A stretch of DNA of 64,000 nt from assembly GCA_030390025.1 (NCBI GenBank), contig CM059431.1:98830001-98894000 (forward strand), written 5' to 3'. Positions 38,625 to 51,073 of this stretch are shown here, in pieces. Each line of letters starts with the position of its first letter. Within the stretch, counting starts at the first letter, position 1. Under the pieces are notes generated by a model that searched no databases, was not told the origin of the DNA, and saw nothing but the letters and a program-made list of their open reading frames with translations. The translations under genes were made by a program, and so were the position numbers. This DNA is from Squalus acanthias (taxonomy: Eukaryota).

Positions 38625-41217
38625 GGAATAAATCTGGAATAAAAAGCTAATATCAGTAATAGTGACCATGAAACTATCGGATTGTTGTAAAAACCCATCT
38701 GGTTCACTAATGGCCTTTAGGGAAGGAATTCTGCCATCCTTACCTGGTCTGGCCTATATGTGACTCCAGACCCACAGCAATGTGGTTGACTCTTAACTGC
38801 CCTCTGAAATGGCCTAGCAAGCCACTCGGTTGTAAAAAAAAACTGCTACGAAAAACAATATGAATAAAACTGGGCCTGCGACAGGTGGTGAGAGAACCAA
38901 CACAAGGGAAAAACCTATTTGACCTCATCCTCACCAATCTACCTGTCGCAGATGCATCTGTCCATGACAGTATTGGTAGCAGTGACCACCGCATAGTCAT
39001 TGTGGAGACGAAGTCCCGTCTTCACACTGAGGACACCCTCCATCGTGTTCTGTGGCACTACCACCATGCTAAATGGAATAGATTCAGAACAGATCTAGCA
39101 GCTCAAAACTGGGCATCCATGAGGCGCTGTGGGCCATCAGCAGCAGCAGAATTGTATTCCACCACAATCTGTAACATCATGGCCTGACATATCCCTCACT
39201 CTACCATTACCAGCAAGCCAGGGGACCAACCTTGGTTCAATAAGGAGTGTAGAAGAGCATGCCAGGACCTAAAAATCCTGTGCCAACCTGGGGAAGCTGC
39301 AACACAACTACATGCATGCTAAACAGCGAAAGCAGCATGCTATAGACAGAGCTAAGTGATCCCACAATCAACGGATCAGATCAAAGCTCTGCAGACCTGC
39401 CACATCCAGCTGTGAATGGTGGTGGACCATTAAACAACTAACGGGAGGAGGAGGCTCCATGAATATCCCCATCCTCAATGATGGTGGAGCCCAGCACGTG
39501 AGTGCAAAAGACAAAGCTGAAGCGTTTGCAACCATCTTCAGCCAGAAGTGCCGAGTGGATGATCCATATCGGCCTCCTCCTGAGGTCCCCACCACCACAG
39601 AAGCCAGTCTTCAGTCAATTCGATTCACTCCATGTGATATCAAGAAATGGCTGAGCGCACTGGATACAGCAAAGGCTGTGGGCCCCGACAACATCCCGGC
39701 TGTCATGCTGAAGACTTGTGCTCCAGAACTAGCCGCGCCTCTAGCCAAGCTGTTCCAGTACAGCTATAACACTGGCATCTATCTGACAATGTGGAAAACT
39801 GCCCAGGTATGTCCTGTCCACAAAAAGCAGGACAAGTCCAATCTGGCCAATTACCGCCCATTCAGTCTACTCTCAATCATCAGCAAAGTGATGGAAGGTG
39901 TCGTCGACAGTGCTATCAAGCAGCACTTACTCACCAATAACCTGCTCACTGACACCCAGTTTGGGTTCTGCCAGGACTACTCAGCACCAGATGTCATTAC
40001 AACCTTGGTCAAAACATGGACAAAAGAGCTGAATTCCAGAGGTGAGGTGAGAGTGACTGTCCTTGACATCTTGGCAGCATTTGACCGAGTGTGGCATCAA
40101 GGAGCCCTAGTAAAACTGAAGTCCATGGGAATCAGGGCGGGGGGTGGGGGGAACTCTCTACTGGCTGGAGTCAGACCTAGCACAAAGGAAGATGGTTGTG
40201 GTGGTTGGAGGTCAATCATCACAGCCCCAGGACATCGCTGCAGGAGTTCCTCAGGGCAGTGTCCTAGGCCCAACCATCTTCAGCTGCTTCACCAATGACC
40301 TTCCCTCCATCATAAGGTCAGAAGTAGGGATGTTCACTGATGACTGCATAGTGTTCAGTGCCATTTGCAACTCCTCAGATAATGAAGCAGTCCATGCCCG
40401 CATGTAGCAAGACCGGAATGACATTCAGGCTTGGGCTGATAAATGGCAGGTAACACTTGCGCCACACAAATCTCCAACAAGCGAGCGTTTAACCACCACC
40501 CCTTGACATTCAACGGCATTACCATTGCCGAATTCACCACCATCAATATCCTGGGGGGTCACCAGAAACTTAACTGGACCAGCCACATAAAAACTGTGGC
40601 AATAAGAGTAGGTCAGAGGCTGGTTATTCTGCGGTAAGTGTCTCCCCTCCTGACTCCCCAAAGCCTTTCCACCATCTACAAGGCATAAGTCAGGAGTGTG
40701 ATGGTATACTCTCCACTTGCCTCGATGAGTGCAGCTCCAACAGCACTCAAGAAGCTCGACACCATCCAAGACAAAGCAGCCCGCCTGATTGGCACCCCAT
40801 CCACCACCTTAAACATTCACTCCCTTCACCACCAGCGTACCGTGGCTGCAGTGTGTACCATCTACAAGATGCACTGCAGCAACTCGCCAAGGCTTCTTCG
40901 GCAGCACCTCCCAAACCCGCGACCTCTTCCACCTAGAAGGTCAAGGGCAGCAGGCACATGGGAACACCACCACCTCCAAGTTCCCCTCCAAGTCACACAC
41001 CATCCTGACTTGGAAGTACATCGCCGTTCCTTCATCATCGTTGGGTCAGAATCCTGGAACTCCCTCCCTAACAGCACTATGGGAGCACCTTCACCACACG
41101 GACTGCAGTGGTTCAAGAAGGCGGCTCACCACCACCTTCTCAAGGGCAATTAGGGATGGGCAATAAATGCTGGCCTTGCCAGCGATGCTCACATCCCATG
41201 AACGAATTAAAAAAAAA
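38625..41217 (+). mobile_element. Second LINE family (CR1/L2/Jockey group), EN-RT remnants, nested in CR1
   Basis: [55 protein letters not shown]; ends ATGAACGAATT plus A-run. Confidence 0.88.
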
Positions 41218-42190
41218 CCCCTATCAATTTTTATCCCATCCAGTATCCCCTCTACCTCCTCCTTCACTATGTCTATGGCTGCATCTTCCTTGATGAAGAC
41301 GGATGTAAAATACTCATTTAGCACCTCAGCCATACCCTCTGCCTCCATGCGTAGGTCTCCTTTTTGGTCCCTAATCAGCCCCACCCCTCTTATTACCCAT
41401 TTACTATTTATATGCCTATAGAAGACTTTTGGATTACCTTTTATGTTGGCTGCCTTTCTATTCTCATACCCCCCTCTTATTTATTTTTTCACTTCTCTGA
41501 ACTTTCTATATTTAGCCTGATTATCAGATGTATTCTCGACCTGACATCTGTCATATGCGCTCTTTTTCTGCTTTATCTTACTCTCTATCTCTTTCGTCAT
41601 CCAGGGAGCTCTGACTTTAATTTCCCTACCTTTCCCCCTAGTGGGAATGCACCTTGACTGTACCCAAACTATTTCTTCTTTAAAGGCAGCCCATTGTTTG
41701 ATTACAGTTTTGCCTGCCAATCTTTCATTGCAATTTAACCGGGCCAGATCCGTTCTCATCCCACTGAAATTGGCCTTCCTCCAATTAAGTATTTTTACTC
41801 TAGATTTCTCCCTGTCCTTTTCCATAGCTAATCTAAACCTTATGATACTATGATCACTGTTCCCTAAATGTTCACCTACTGACACTTGCTCCACTTGACC
41901 CACCTCATTCCCCAAAACCAGATCCAGCAATGCCTCCTTCCTCATTGGGCCGGAAACATACTGATCAAGAAAGTTCTCCTGAACACACTTCAGAAATTCT
42001 TCCCCCTCTCTGCCCTTTACACTATTACTATCGCAGTCTATATTAGGATAGTTGAAGTCCCCCGTTATCACTCCTCCTATAGTTCTTGCATCCCTCTGTA
42101 ATTGCTCTGCAAATTTGCTCCTCCATATTTTTCCCACTAGTTGGTGGCCTATAGGATACACCTAGTAGTGTAATGGCACCTCTTCTTAAC

Positions 42191-44404
42191 AATAGTGATA
42201 AGGGATTCAATAGTTAGCGGAGCAGACAGGTGTTTCTGCGGCCGCAGACGTGACTCCAGGATGGTATGTTGCCTCCCTGGTTCCAGGGTCAAGGATGTCA
42301 CTGAACGGCTGCAGGGTATTCTGAGGGGGAAGGGTGAACAGCCAGAGGTCGTGGTCCATATCGATACCAACGACACAGGTAGGAAGAGGGATGAGGTCCT
42401 GCAGGCAGAGTTTAGGAAGCTAGGAAAGAGGTTAAAAAGCAGGACCTCAAAGGTAGTAATCTCCGGATTACTACCAGTGCCACGTGCTAGTGAGTTCAGA
42501 AATAGAAAGATAGAGCAGATGAATGTGTGGCTGGAGAGATGGTGTAGGAGGAAGCGCTTTAGATTCCTGAGGAATTGGAACCATTTCTGGGGGAGGTGGG
42601 ACCTCTACAAGCCAGACGGGTTGCACCTCAATGGGAATGGGACCAATATCCTTGCGGGAGGGTTTGCTAGTGCTGTTGGGGAGGGTTTAAACTAGCTTGG
42701 CAGGGGGATGGGAACCTAAGTATAGAGTCAATAGGGAGGGAAGAAAAACTGGAATTGGAAAACAAAAATGTAGAAAGTAAATTGGAAGGACAGAGGAATC
42801 AAGGGCTAGATGGTAGTCAACAAGGAGGTTTGCCTGTACTAAATGGTATATACTTCAATGCAAGGAGTATAGTGAACAAGGCAGATGAGCTGAGGGCACA
42901 GGTAGATATTGGGACTATGATATTATAGCTATTACAGAGACGTGGCTGAAAGAGGGGCAGGTATGGCAGCTCAACATTCCTGATTTTCAGACGGGATAGA
43001 GAGGGAAGTAAAAAGCCAGTCAGCCTAACCTCGGTGGTGGGAAAATTATTGGAAAGAATTCTGAAGGACAGGATAAAACTTCATTTAGAAAGACACGGAT
43101 TAATCAAGGATAGTCAGCACGGATTTGTTAAGGGAAGGTCGTGTCTGACAAATTTGATTGAATTTTTTGAGGAGGTAATGAGGAGGGTAGATGAGGGTAG
43201 TGCGTTTGATGTAGTGTATATGGTCTTTAGCAAGGCTTTGGATAAGGTTCCACATGGCAGACTGGTCACGAAGTTAAAAGCCCATGGGATCCAGGGCAAA
43301 GTGTCAAGTTGGATTCAAAACTGGCTCGGAGACAGGAAGCAGAGGGTAATGGTTGATGGGTGTTTTTGTGACTGGAAGGCTGTTTCCAGTGGGGTTCTGC
43401 AGGGCTCAGTACTAGGTCCCTTGCTTTTTGTGGTATATATCAACGATCTTGACTTGAATATAGGGGGTATGATTAAGAAGTTTGCAGATGATACTAAAAT
43501 CGGCTGTATGGTTGATACTGAAGAAGGAAGCTGTAGACTGCAGGAAGATATCAATAAATTGGTCAGGTGGGCAGAACAGTGGCAAATGGAATTCAATCCG
43601 GAGAAGTGTGAGGTAATGCATTTGGGGAGGGTTAACAAGGAAAGGGAATACACATTAAATGGTAGGACACTGAGTAGTGTAGAGGAACAAAGGGACCTTG
43701 GAGTGCATGTCCACAGATCCCTGAAGATATCTGGCCAAGTAGATAAGGTGGTTAAGAAGGCATACAGAATGCTTGCTTTTATTAGCCGTGGCATAGAATA
43801 CAAGAGCAGGGGGGTTATGCTTCAACTGTATAAAACACTAGTTAGGCCTCAGCTAGAGTACTGCGTGCAGTTCTGGTCACCACATTACAGGAAAGATGTG
43901 ATTGCACTAGAGAGGGTACAGAGGAGATTTACAAGGATGTTGCCGGGAGTAGAGAATCTTAGTTATGAGGAAAGACTGGATAGGCTGGGTCTGTTTTCCT
44001 TGGAACAGAGGAGGCTGAGGGGAGATCTTATTGAGGTGTATAAAATTATGAGGGGCATAGATAAAGTGGATTGAAAGGACCTATTTCCCTTAGCAGAGGG
44101 GTCAAAAACCAGGGGGCACATATTTAAAGTAATTGGGGGAAGGTTTAGAGGGGATTTGAGGGGAAATTTCTTCACCCAGAGGGTTGTGGGGGTCTGGAAC
44201 TCACTGCCTGAAAGGGTGGTAGAGGCAGGAACCCTCACCACATTTAAAAAGTACTTGGATGTGCACTTGGGATGCTCTAACCTGCAGGGCTATGGACCAA
44301 GAGCTGGGAAGTGGGATTAGGCTGGATAGTTCTTTGTTGGCCGGCGGGGACACGAAGGGCTGAAATGGCCTCCTTCCGTGCTGTAACTTTCTATGATTCT
44401 ATGA
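42191..44404 (+). mobile_element. CR1 LINE with ORF1 esterase and internally deleted ORF2, nested in the minus-strand CR1
   Basis: TTAAC duplicated at 42186-42190 and 44405-44409; (TTCTATGA)n tail; RT ORF 43034-44074; EN start joined directly to RT near 43010. Confidence 0.9.
42195..42695 (+). pseudogene. CR1 ORF1 SGNH/GDSL esterase domain
   Basis: RDSIV (GDS-like), LPG, HIDTND (GxND-like) and DGLHLN motifs. Confidence 0.8.
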
Positions 44405-45003
44405 TTAACTCTAGCCATATAGATTCTGTCCTTGACCCCTCCAGGACATCCTCTCTCTTCAGCACTGTAACATTCTCCTTAACCAATACTGTCACACCAC
44501 CTCCTATCTTTCCTTCCTGAACACCTCATATCCAGGAATATTTAATACCCAATCCTACCCTTTTTTGAGTCAGGTCTCCGTTATTGCCACGACATCATAT
44601 TCCCATGTGGCTATTTGCGCCTGCAGTTCACCAACCTTGTTTGCTATGCTTTGTGCATTCACATACATACACTGTAAACTTATCTTAGACCATCCTGTGT
44701 TCTCTTTTAGTCTGACCCCACCTACTACTTTACTATTTCTTGCTTTAGTGCTATCGGTCTCCCAATCCTTTGTGCCCTTCGTTACTCCTTTCTAATTCTA
44801 CATCCTGGTGCCCATCCCACTGCCAACTTAGTTTAAACCCTCCCCAACAGCACTAGCAAACCTCCCTGCGAGAATATTGGTACTGGCTCTGTTGAGGTGC
44901 AACCCGTCCGGCCTGTACAGGTCCCACCTCCAGCCACGCATTTCTATACTCACTCGCACGTGACACCACCCCAATTGGCGGTGAAAAGTTGTGAATGAAC
45001 AAA

Positions 45004-45999
45004 GGGGTGATTTTCAACGGTTCATTCAGGCGCTAAAGAGCCTCCGAGGTGGCCAAGATGGGGTCGTGAGCTGAAATGCTGGTTTAGCCCATGTTTAACG
45101 CGAGATGCCATCTTGGTAAAGGAGATGAAGCTTGCAATAAGAACGGCCGCCCAGAGGATTGTTAAGGGGCTGATTGCCATTTAAATTAACTGCTAGTGCT
45201 CATTAATGAGGCTGCGCGGCATTTTGGCGGAGAACGCTTGGCCTAACGCCCTCTCCTAACAGTGACCAGCTGACTGGGAGTAAACAAGTCGTTGCTGAGG
45301 ATTTCGAACACTACTTAAAGGTGTGTCACCTTTTACTGTTCACTTGCTGCTGGAGGTTTGAAGAGGACTTTTGAAACACATGGGAGACTTTCTGGGACAC
45401 TTTGTCAAGACTTCACCAAAATATCAACATTTATTCCAGAAATTCTCTGAGGACTTTGCCTAAAAAGAGTGAGCACTGTGCTACTCCACCTTATTGGGCA
45501 TCTTCTAGGAGTCACCAGGAGAAAGAGAGTGCTTGGTCATGGCCATTTTGATAGGGGTTCCCCTTGGTCCGCTGGAGGAATGGGAGGAGGAGATGAGAGC
45601 AGGCAGAGCAGCCCCAGCAGGAGAGAGCGAGAGGAGGGCGAGGTAGACCCCTTCCCCCCCTCACCCCCCCGGTGGGTACAGGACATCCCTCCTCCTCGGG
45701 ACCTCCTCCACCAGGACCTCCAGTGCCGCGTCCGAGAACCTGTGCGCCCTCTAACTCGGTCCCTGAGCCATCCTGAAACCTGTCGCTGTGTGTCAGCCAG
45801 CCCACTCCACATCTTCAGTGGGAGTGGGTGCGAGGAGCCCACATACACTGCTCCACCAAAATTGTGTCTAATCAGCGCTTGAGTGCTAAACTTGCAGGTG
45901 TCTGTTTTAGTGCCTGCAGGCAGACCTTCTACCAGGCATGTCTTATGAGCACAGCACCCATTTAGTGCCTGTTTTCACCCTTTCACCAAAATAATCCCC
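45004..45999. mobile_element. Non-autonomous Harbinger derivative
   Basis: GGGGTGATTTT / AAAATAATCCCC termini, AAA flanks; traces resembling the transposase N-terminus (DLQCR, PVAV). Confidence 0.55.
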
Positions 46000-46671
46000 A
46001 AAATGTCAATGAACACCTCCTGACGTTCTACCTAGTAAGCTTCACTGCATTGTCCCAAGAGTTCTGTACTGTGAACCATGATGCAACAAGCCAGAGGCAG
46101 TTATCAGGGGCTGGATTTACAACTTGTTGGCAGATCTCAGGTTGGTGGTGCATTGCACCCTGGTTGCTCTAACCTCCTCCATGGCCAAGCAGGCGGGGAG
46201 AGGAGGAGAGGCACCAACACTTCACACAACTTCCACTTGGAAGACATTCGAATTTGAAAAGTTACAAATGCTACTTATAAGCAAAATATTCAACCTTTGG
46301 GCAATAGGGAGATTGGGTGGTGGGTGCAGTTAAAAGTCTGTTCTTTCACCTCGTGGATTTGGGTTTGCATGCAGCACAGACTTATGGGAATAAAAGGCTC
46401 TTGCTGTAAAAGTCTATGTGAAATAAGCTTGACAGTTTTAGCCCAGTTTCTTGTGGGTGAGGTGCTCACTCCGTAGAGCAATAATTTGGAAATTTTGCTC
46501 AGAGAGGCTGTCTCGATAGCTATGGTTTGTTTCCCTTTTGTATTTCTGGTACTAAATTAAGTATTACTTTACCAAGGAAGATCTCACTTCAGTTTTAATT
46601 CTCAGTTATAGGCATAAGCAGCAAAAATGTACTAAACCGTAGAAACCTAAAGACAAATATTTACCTAATAT

Positions 46672-46890
46672 ACAACAACAACTTGCATTTATATAGCGCC
46701 TTTAAGGTAGCAAAATGTCCCACGGTGCTTCACAGGAGCGTTATCAGATAAAAATTGACCTTGAGCCAAAGAAGGAGACATTAGGACAGGTCTTGGTCAC
46801 AGATGTAGGTTTTACAGAGTGCCTAATAGAGAGAGGAGGAGAGGCAGAGAGGTTTAGAGAGGGAATTCCAGAGCTTAGGGTTCTAGGCAC
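46672..46890 (-). mobile_element. L2 LINE 3' tail fragment
   Basis: CAACAACAACTTGCATTTATATAGCGCC; reverse complement of the L2 end at ~29830-30047. A similar fragment is at 48190-48460. Confidence 0.7.
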
Positions 46891-47110
46891 TGAAGGCTAC
46901 TGGGATAATAAATATTCATGATTTTGGAATTTACCTGCTATCTATTGAACATCAAGGTGTGAGATTTCCTCTGTGCGTTGTGTAGCAAAATCATAAGTGC
47001 ATTTCTTTTAAACGGGTTTACCATTTCGTAACACAGAGGAAATCTTGCCTCCCTTTCCCGAGTTACAATGAATGAACAATCTGATTAATTCTTCATTGCA
47101 ATATAAACAG

Positions 47111-47719
47111 CTGTATTCATCAAAGCTGACCATGTGGCTGAAAGTGGAACCATGTCTGTCTTCCCTCATCTGGAAACCCCTCATAACGAAACTGTGGCTA
47201 ATGGAAGAGTCAATGTGATGACAAACACAAGCTTGGCTTTGAAAACAGTTGCAACAGCCACCCTTCTGCCTATTGGGGATGAATCATTAGTTACTGAAAG
47301 CAGTGTGGAGTCAAATGAAACCGAAACTGCTGAAACAACTATCACAGAAGAGGTACGAGCACAACCACAACAGCCATCTGTGGATCAGGGTATTGACCAA
47401 CTGAAAGTTCAGGAGGGGAAGTCGGCGATTTTGCCATGCCAGTATCACAATAATGGTGCTTATTCAGACGAACTCTCTGTATTGTGGTACAGGGAAGACC
47501 TCTCTAGGAAGTTACCTATTGTAAGAGATAATGCAACTGACTCTGCTAACTATTCTGGTCGAGCGTTTCTAAGTGGGCATCTATCAAAAGGAGATGCTTC
47601 CATGACAATTCTCGATGTGGCTGAGAGTGATCGTGGCACTTATTTCTGTACTATAATACTTCCTAATGGGACAACTCTAACTGGTGATGGTACACACCTC
47701 ATGGTGAAATCAAAAACAG
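47111..47719 (+). CDS. IgSF gene exon: S/T/E-rich mucin-like segment plus V-set domain with J-like G strand
   Basis: aaacag/gtatct boundaries, 609 bp, phase 1-1, open frame; LPC, LWY, GDASMTI, DRGTYFC, GDGTHLMV; six N-x-S/T sites. Confidence 0.92.
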
Positions 47720-48564
47720 GTATCTTTACATTGTATTCTTTCAAAGCTAAACAACTCTGAAATGTTCGTTCGAAGATAACACTTTATCAATTAATAATGT
47801 GCTTTGATGTAATTATCTTTAAATCCCTCTATGGCCTCCCCTATCTCTGTAACCTCCTTCAGTGTCATGGACTGCGGCACTTATTTCACTCATTTATAAT
47901 GTAGGAATTTGGTCTATGAAAGTTAATGCTCCTAATTTCCAGTTGAAAATTGGTGATGTAAGTCTTACCAATATGGTTTTGGTGTATTGAATGTTTACAT
48001 TTAAATAATTAATTCTTAGTACACAACTATTGCTGAGTAGGGTTGATACTATATGTGAGTTTTGTCTCTTTTGAGTATCATAATATTCAATCCAGATGAA
48101 GAGATAAGGACTCAACTTCTCATATTGTAAGAGCTGGTTTTAAGGCTAAGTTGTCTATTGTGGAGACCTTTATTCAGCAATAACTATTATGACAACAACA
48201 ACTTGCATTTATTTAGTGCCAATAATTGAGGATAAAGGCCCAAGGCACTTCAACAGAAGCATAATCAAAAACATGGGCACTGAACCAAAGAAGGGAATAT
48301 TAGAAGGGTTAACAGTGGGTTTTAAGGAGTGTCTTAAAAGAGGGAAGGGAGGTGGAGAGGCAGATGGGGTTTAAGGAGGGAATTCCAACGCATGGGGCCT
48401 AGGCAGATAAAGGTATGCAGCCAATGGGGGGTCGAAGAGGAGGGGAGATGCACAAGAAGCTGGGGTAAGATTAATATGTGCTTAATGAGTAACGTCATTT
48501 TTCTGATTAAGGTGTTTTTAAATGTCAGGGCTTGGTGTATATTTTTTCATTTATCCTCTTCTAG

Positions 48565-48704
48565 GGCTTTTTGGTTTTAAAGAAACCTTAGGAACCACCA
48601 TTGGGATTATTGCAGCAAGTATTGGTGTCTTTGTTGGATTTTTGGCCATTCTTGTACCACGCTTCAGAGAAAGATGCCATGTCAAAAATCAGACACACTA
48701 CAAG
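48565..48704 (+). CDS. IgSF gene transmembrane exon (GLFGFKETLGTTIGIIAASIGVFVGFLAILVPRFRERCHVKNQTHYK)
   Basis: Pyrimidine tract plus ctag acceptor, AAG|GTGAGA donor, phase 1-0; about 20 uncharged hydrophobic residues followed by basic RFRER. Confidence 0.9.
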
Positions 48705-48954
48705 GTGAGATAAATTTGCACTGTACCAATTCATTAAACATCCAATGAAACTGTCACCTAAAATTTCAACTTAAAAACGTCTGTACAATTAGAAGGAGCC
48801 AATTTTAACTCATTCCATTGCCAACTGCTTGGTACAAACGGCTTCTCATTGTTATTTTTTACAATTCCAGCAAATGTTCTTTCACACCAGTGGAAATTAA
48901 AATGGTAATACATGTTATGAGTTGGGCCCACTGCTGATTTTCTTTGTTTCACAG

Positions 48955-49023
48955 CAATTTTCAGTTTCCATAAATGAACCAATGCACCCTCTGAGACAAG
49001 ACCTTCAAATTTATATAGTATGA
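48955..49023 (+). CDS. Candidate terminal exon A of IgSF gene (QFSVSINEPMHPLRQDLQIYIV*)
   Basis: Acceptor ctgattttctttgtttcacag, phase 0, 22 codons then TGA. Confidence 0.6.
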   Translation, partial: QFSVSINEPMHPLRQDLQIYIV

Positions 49024-49349
49024 TGAACAGGATAGGTTGCTCAGGATTAGCAATCTACACATTTAAGATAAAATTGCTTCTAGATAGTCCACGGGATTCC
49101 ATTACATCACATGTCAATTGAGAAATTGGATAATATCAACCATGTAAAATGGTTTTTGTAACAGGCTACTACTATTCGGTATCATTTACGACTAGGATAA
49201 CTTACAGAAGCATGGAAAAAATGAAAGGTACGAAACAGCACAACACAGTACTATGAGTCTGGAGACAGCTTGTAAGGGGTTAACTAAAGAAACCAGCCCA
49301 ACAAATCTCTCTGGCGTTTTTCTTGTAGATTTTGAGACAAATACTTCTT

Positions 49350-49886
49350 GGAAAGCCTCAGCTGGAGTATTGTGGACAATTCTAGGCTCCACACTTCAGG
49401 AAAGATGTAAAGGCCTTAGAAAGGGAACAGAGGAGGTTTGTCAGGATGTTATCAGGGATGAGGGACTTCAGTTATGAGGAGAGGTTGGAAAAGTTAGGAC
49501 TCTTCTCTTTGGAACAGAGAAGGTTAAGAGGTGACCTAATAGAGGTTTTCAAGATGATGAGGGGTTTTGATTCCATCCGGCGAGTGGGCCAATAACCAGA
49601 GATCATAGATTTAAAATAATTGGCAAAAGATCGAGAGGGGAGACGAGGAGAATTTTTTCACTGAGAGTTGTGGGGATCTGGAACGCTCGACCTGGAAAGG
49701 TGGTGGAAGCTGATTCCATCAATAATTTTAAAGGGAGTTGTACGGTACTCGAGGTTGAGGAACTTACAGGGTTACGGACAAAAAGTGGGGATGTGGGACT
49801 AAGCACGACTGCTCTTTCAAAGAGCCAGCATGGACACGATAGTACAAATGGCCTCCTTCTGTGCTGTAAATTTCTATGATTCTATG
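49350..49886 (+). mobile_element. Degenerate CR1 3' end
   Basis: GAAGGTTAAGAGGTGACCTAATAGAGG (RRLRGDLIE); TTCTATGATTCTATGA tail. Confidence 0.75.
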
Positions 49887-50113
49887 AAAGAGATATATGG
49901 TCTTGTTCATTAGACCAATACAGAAAATTTTCTGTTTTATAAATATATTCATTCCTTTTCTTTGAAATTCATTCAGTCAAACAAGATGGGCTGAACAATA
50001 CCATTGATACAATCTTCAAACACAAAGTCATGAAGACCACATGGGTGCTAAATATACAATGTCTAGGTTTGGCAATTCAACTCAATTCAACCCTCAGTTG
50101 ATGTTAGACACAT

Positions 50114-50834
50114 GGGGCTAAAAATTGAGGAGTGCTAATGTCGCCGGGGCACTACATTTAGCGCCCCGGAAAAATTAGCAGCCCCACGCTGGAACTTGAG
50201 TGAGTGCGCCCCAAGAGGGAAGCGGGGCGCTATTAGAAGCGCCCGCATCCCTCTTGGGGCGCTGCGAGTCAATATCGCAGCGCTTTGTGCCGCAGCACGT
50301 CGCGCTGCAGTATTGCAGGCCTTCCTCCCCTTCTTAAAGGGGAGGGGCCTGGCGCAGCGCGACCCGGGGCCCAGCTGGGCCCCCGGGGATCGGGAGTGCC
50401 GGCAAAAGAGCCCGGCACTCGAGATGTGCCGGGCTCTTGGAGCGCAGCCGGCACTCTGCGAGGGGGGCCGTTCAGGAGGCCGGGGACGGGAGCGCAGGCA
50501 GGTACTGGCAGGCGGCCAGCAACAAAAATGGCCGCCCCGCACCTCGCCTTTAAATTGCGCCTCCCCGGCCGCAGGTAGATCCCCCTGACCCCGTCGGACA
50601 TAGTGTCCGGCGGTAAGTCAGGGGGCGCTCCCGAAGATCGCGAGCGGGGCACTGCGCACGGCAATGACGTCATCGCCGGCGGTGCAGCGCCGCGGGGCGC
50701 TACCAGTTAGCGCCACCGCTAACCTCCCGCTGAATTTCGTGGGTGGCGCCGCGCCCGGGCGCTAGTTGCTTTGCGCCCCGTTAGCACCCTCTTAGGGCGC
50801 TAACGGGAGGCACAAAGCAACCCAATTTTTCCCC
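50114..50834. mobile_element. GC/CpG-rich non-autonomous Harbinger-type element, second copy
   Basis: GGGGCTAAAAATTG / CAATTTTTCCCC termini, CAT duplication; collinear with 11916-12669. Confidence 0.8.
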
Positions 50835-50945
50835 CATTCTATTCACGCCTGATTTAATTGCATTGATTCCTAATCAAAGGCAAGGAGCTGTGTTCCCACA
50901 GCTGCGATGACAACAGCTGCAATTCTGTAGCCTTCAGAAGACATT

Positions 50946-51050
50946 GGCTGGGGAATTCCTTGGAGCTCGTCATCTCTGCCGCCATAACTTCACCGCAGGT
51001 GCGGCAGACACCCTGTTTACACATGTAAAGCGCAGAGGAAATTCCCAGCC
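50946..51050. mobile_element. Very small MITE
   Basis: TIR GGCTGGGGAATTCCT / AGGAAATTCCCAGCC. Confidence 0.5.
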
Positions 51051-51073
51051 ACAGCTTCCATTTTGAAAATTAT

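Larger units (their letters stand above)
37094..44932 (-). mobile_element. Long CR1 LINE (ORF1 end, EN, RT, 3' end) in three pieces: 37094-38624, 41218-42190, 44405-44932
   Basis: RT ORFs 37178-38568; APE endonuclease motifs GDFNYPNI, LLDLVLGN, LGNSDH in 41481-42161; ORF1 C-terminus at 44830-44932; collinear across two nested insertions. Confidence 0.85.

Noticed and set aside
47111..48704. Calling the Ig gene NKp30/NCR3, a TIM gene or a germline-joined Ig/TCR
   Set aside because: No charged TM residue (NKp30 has Arg); no extra Cys or WFND motif (TIM); no constant-domain exon and T rather than F/W before GxG (antigen receptors).
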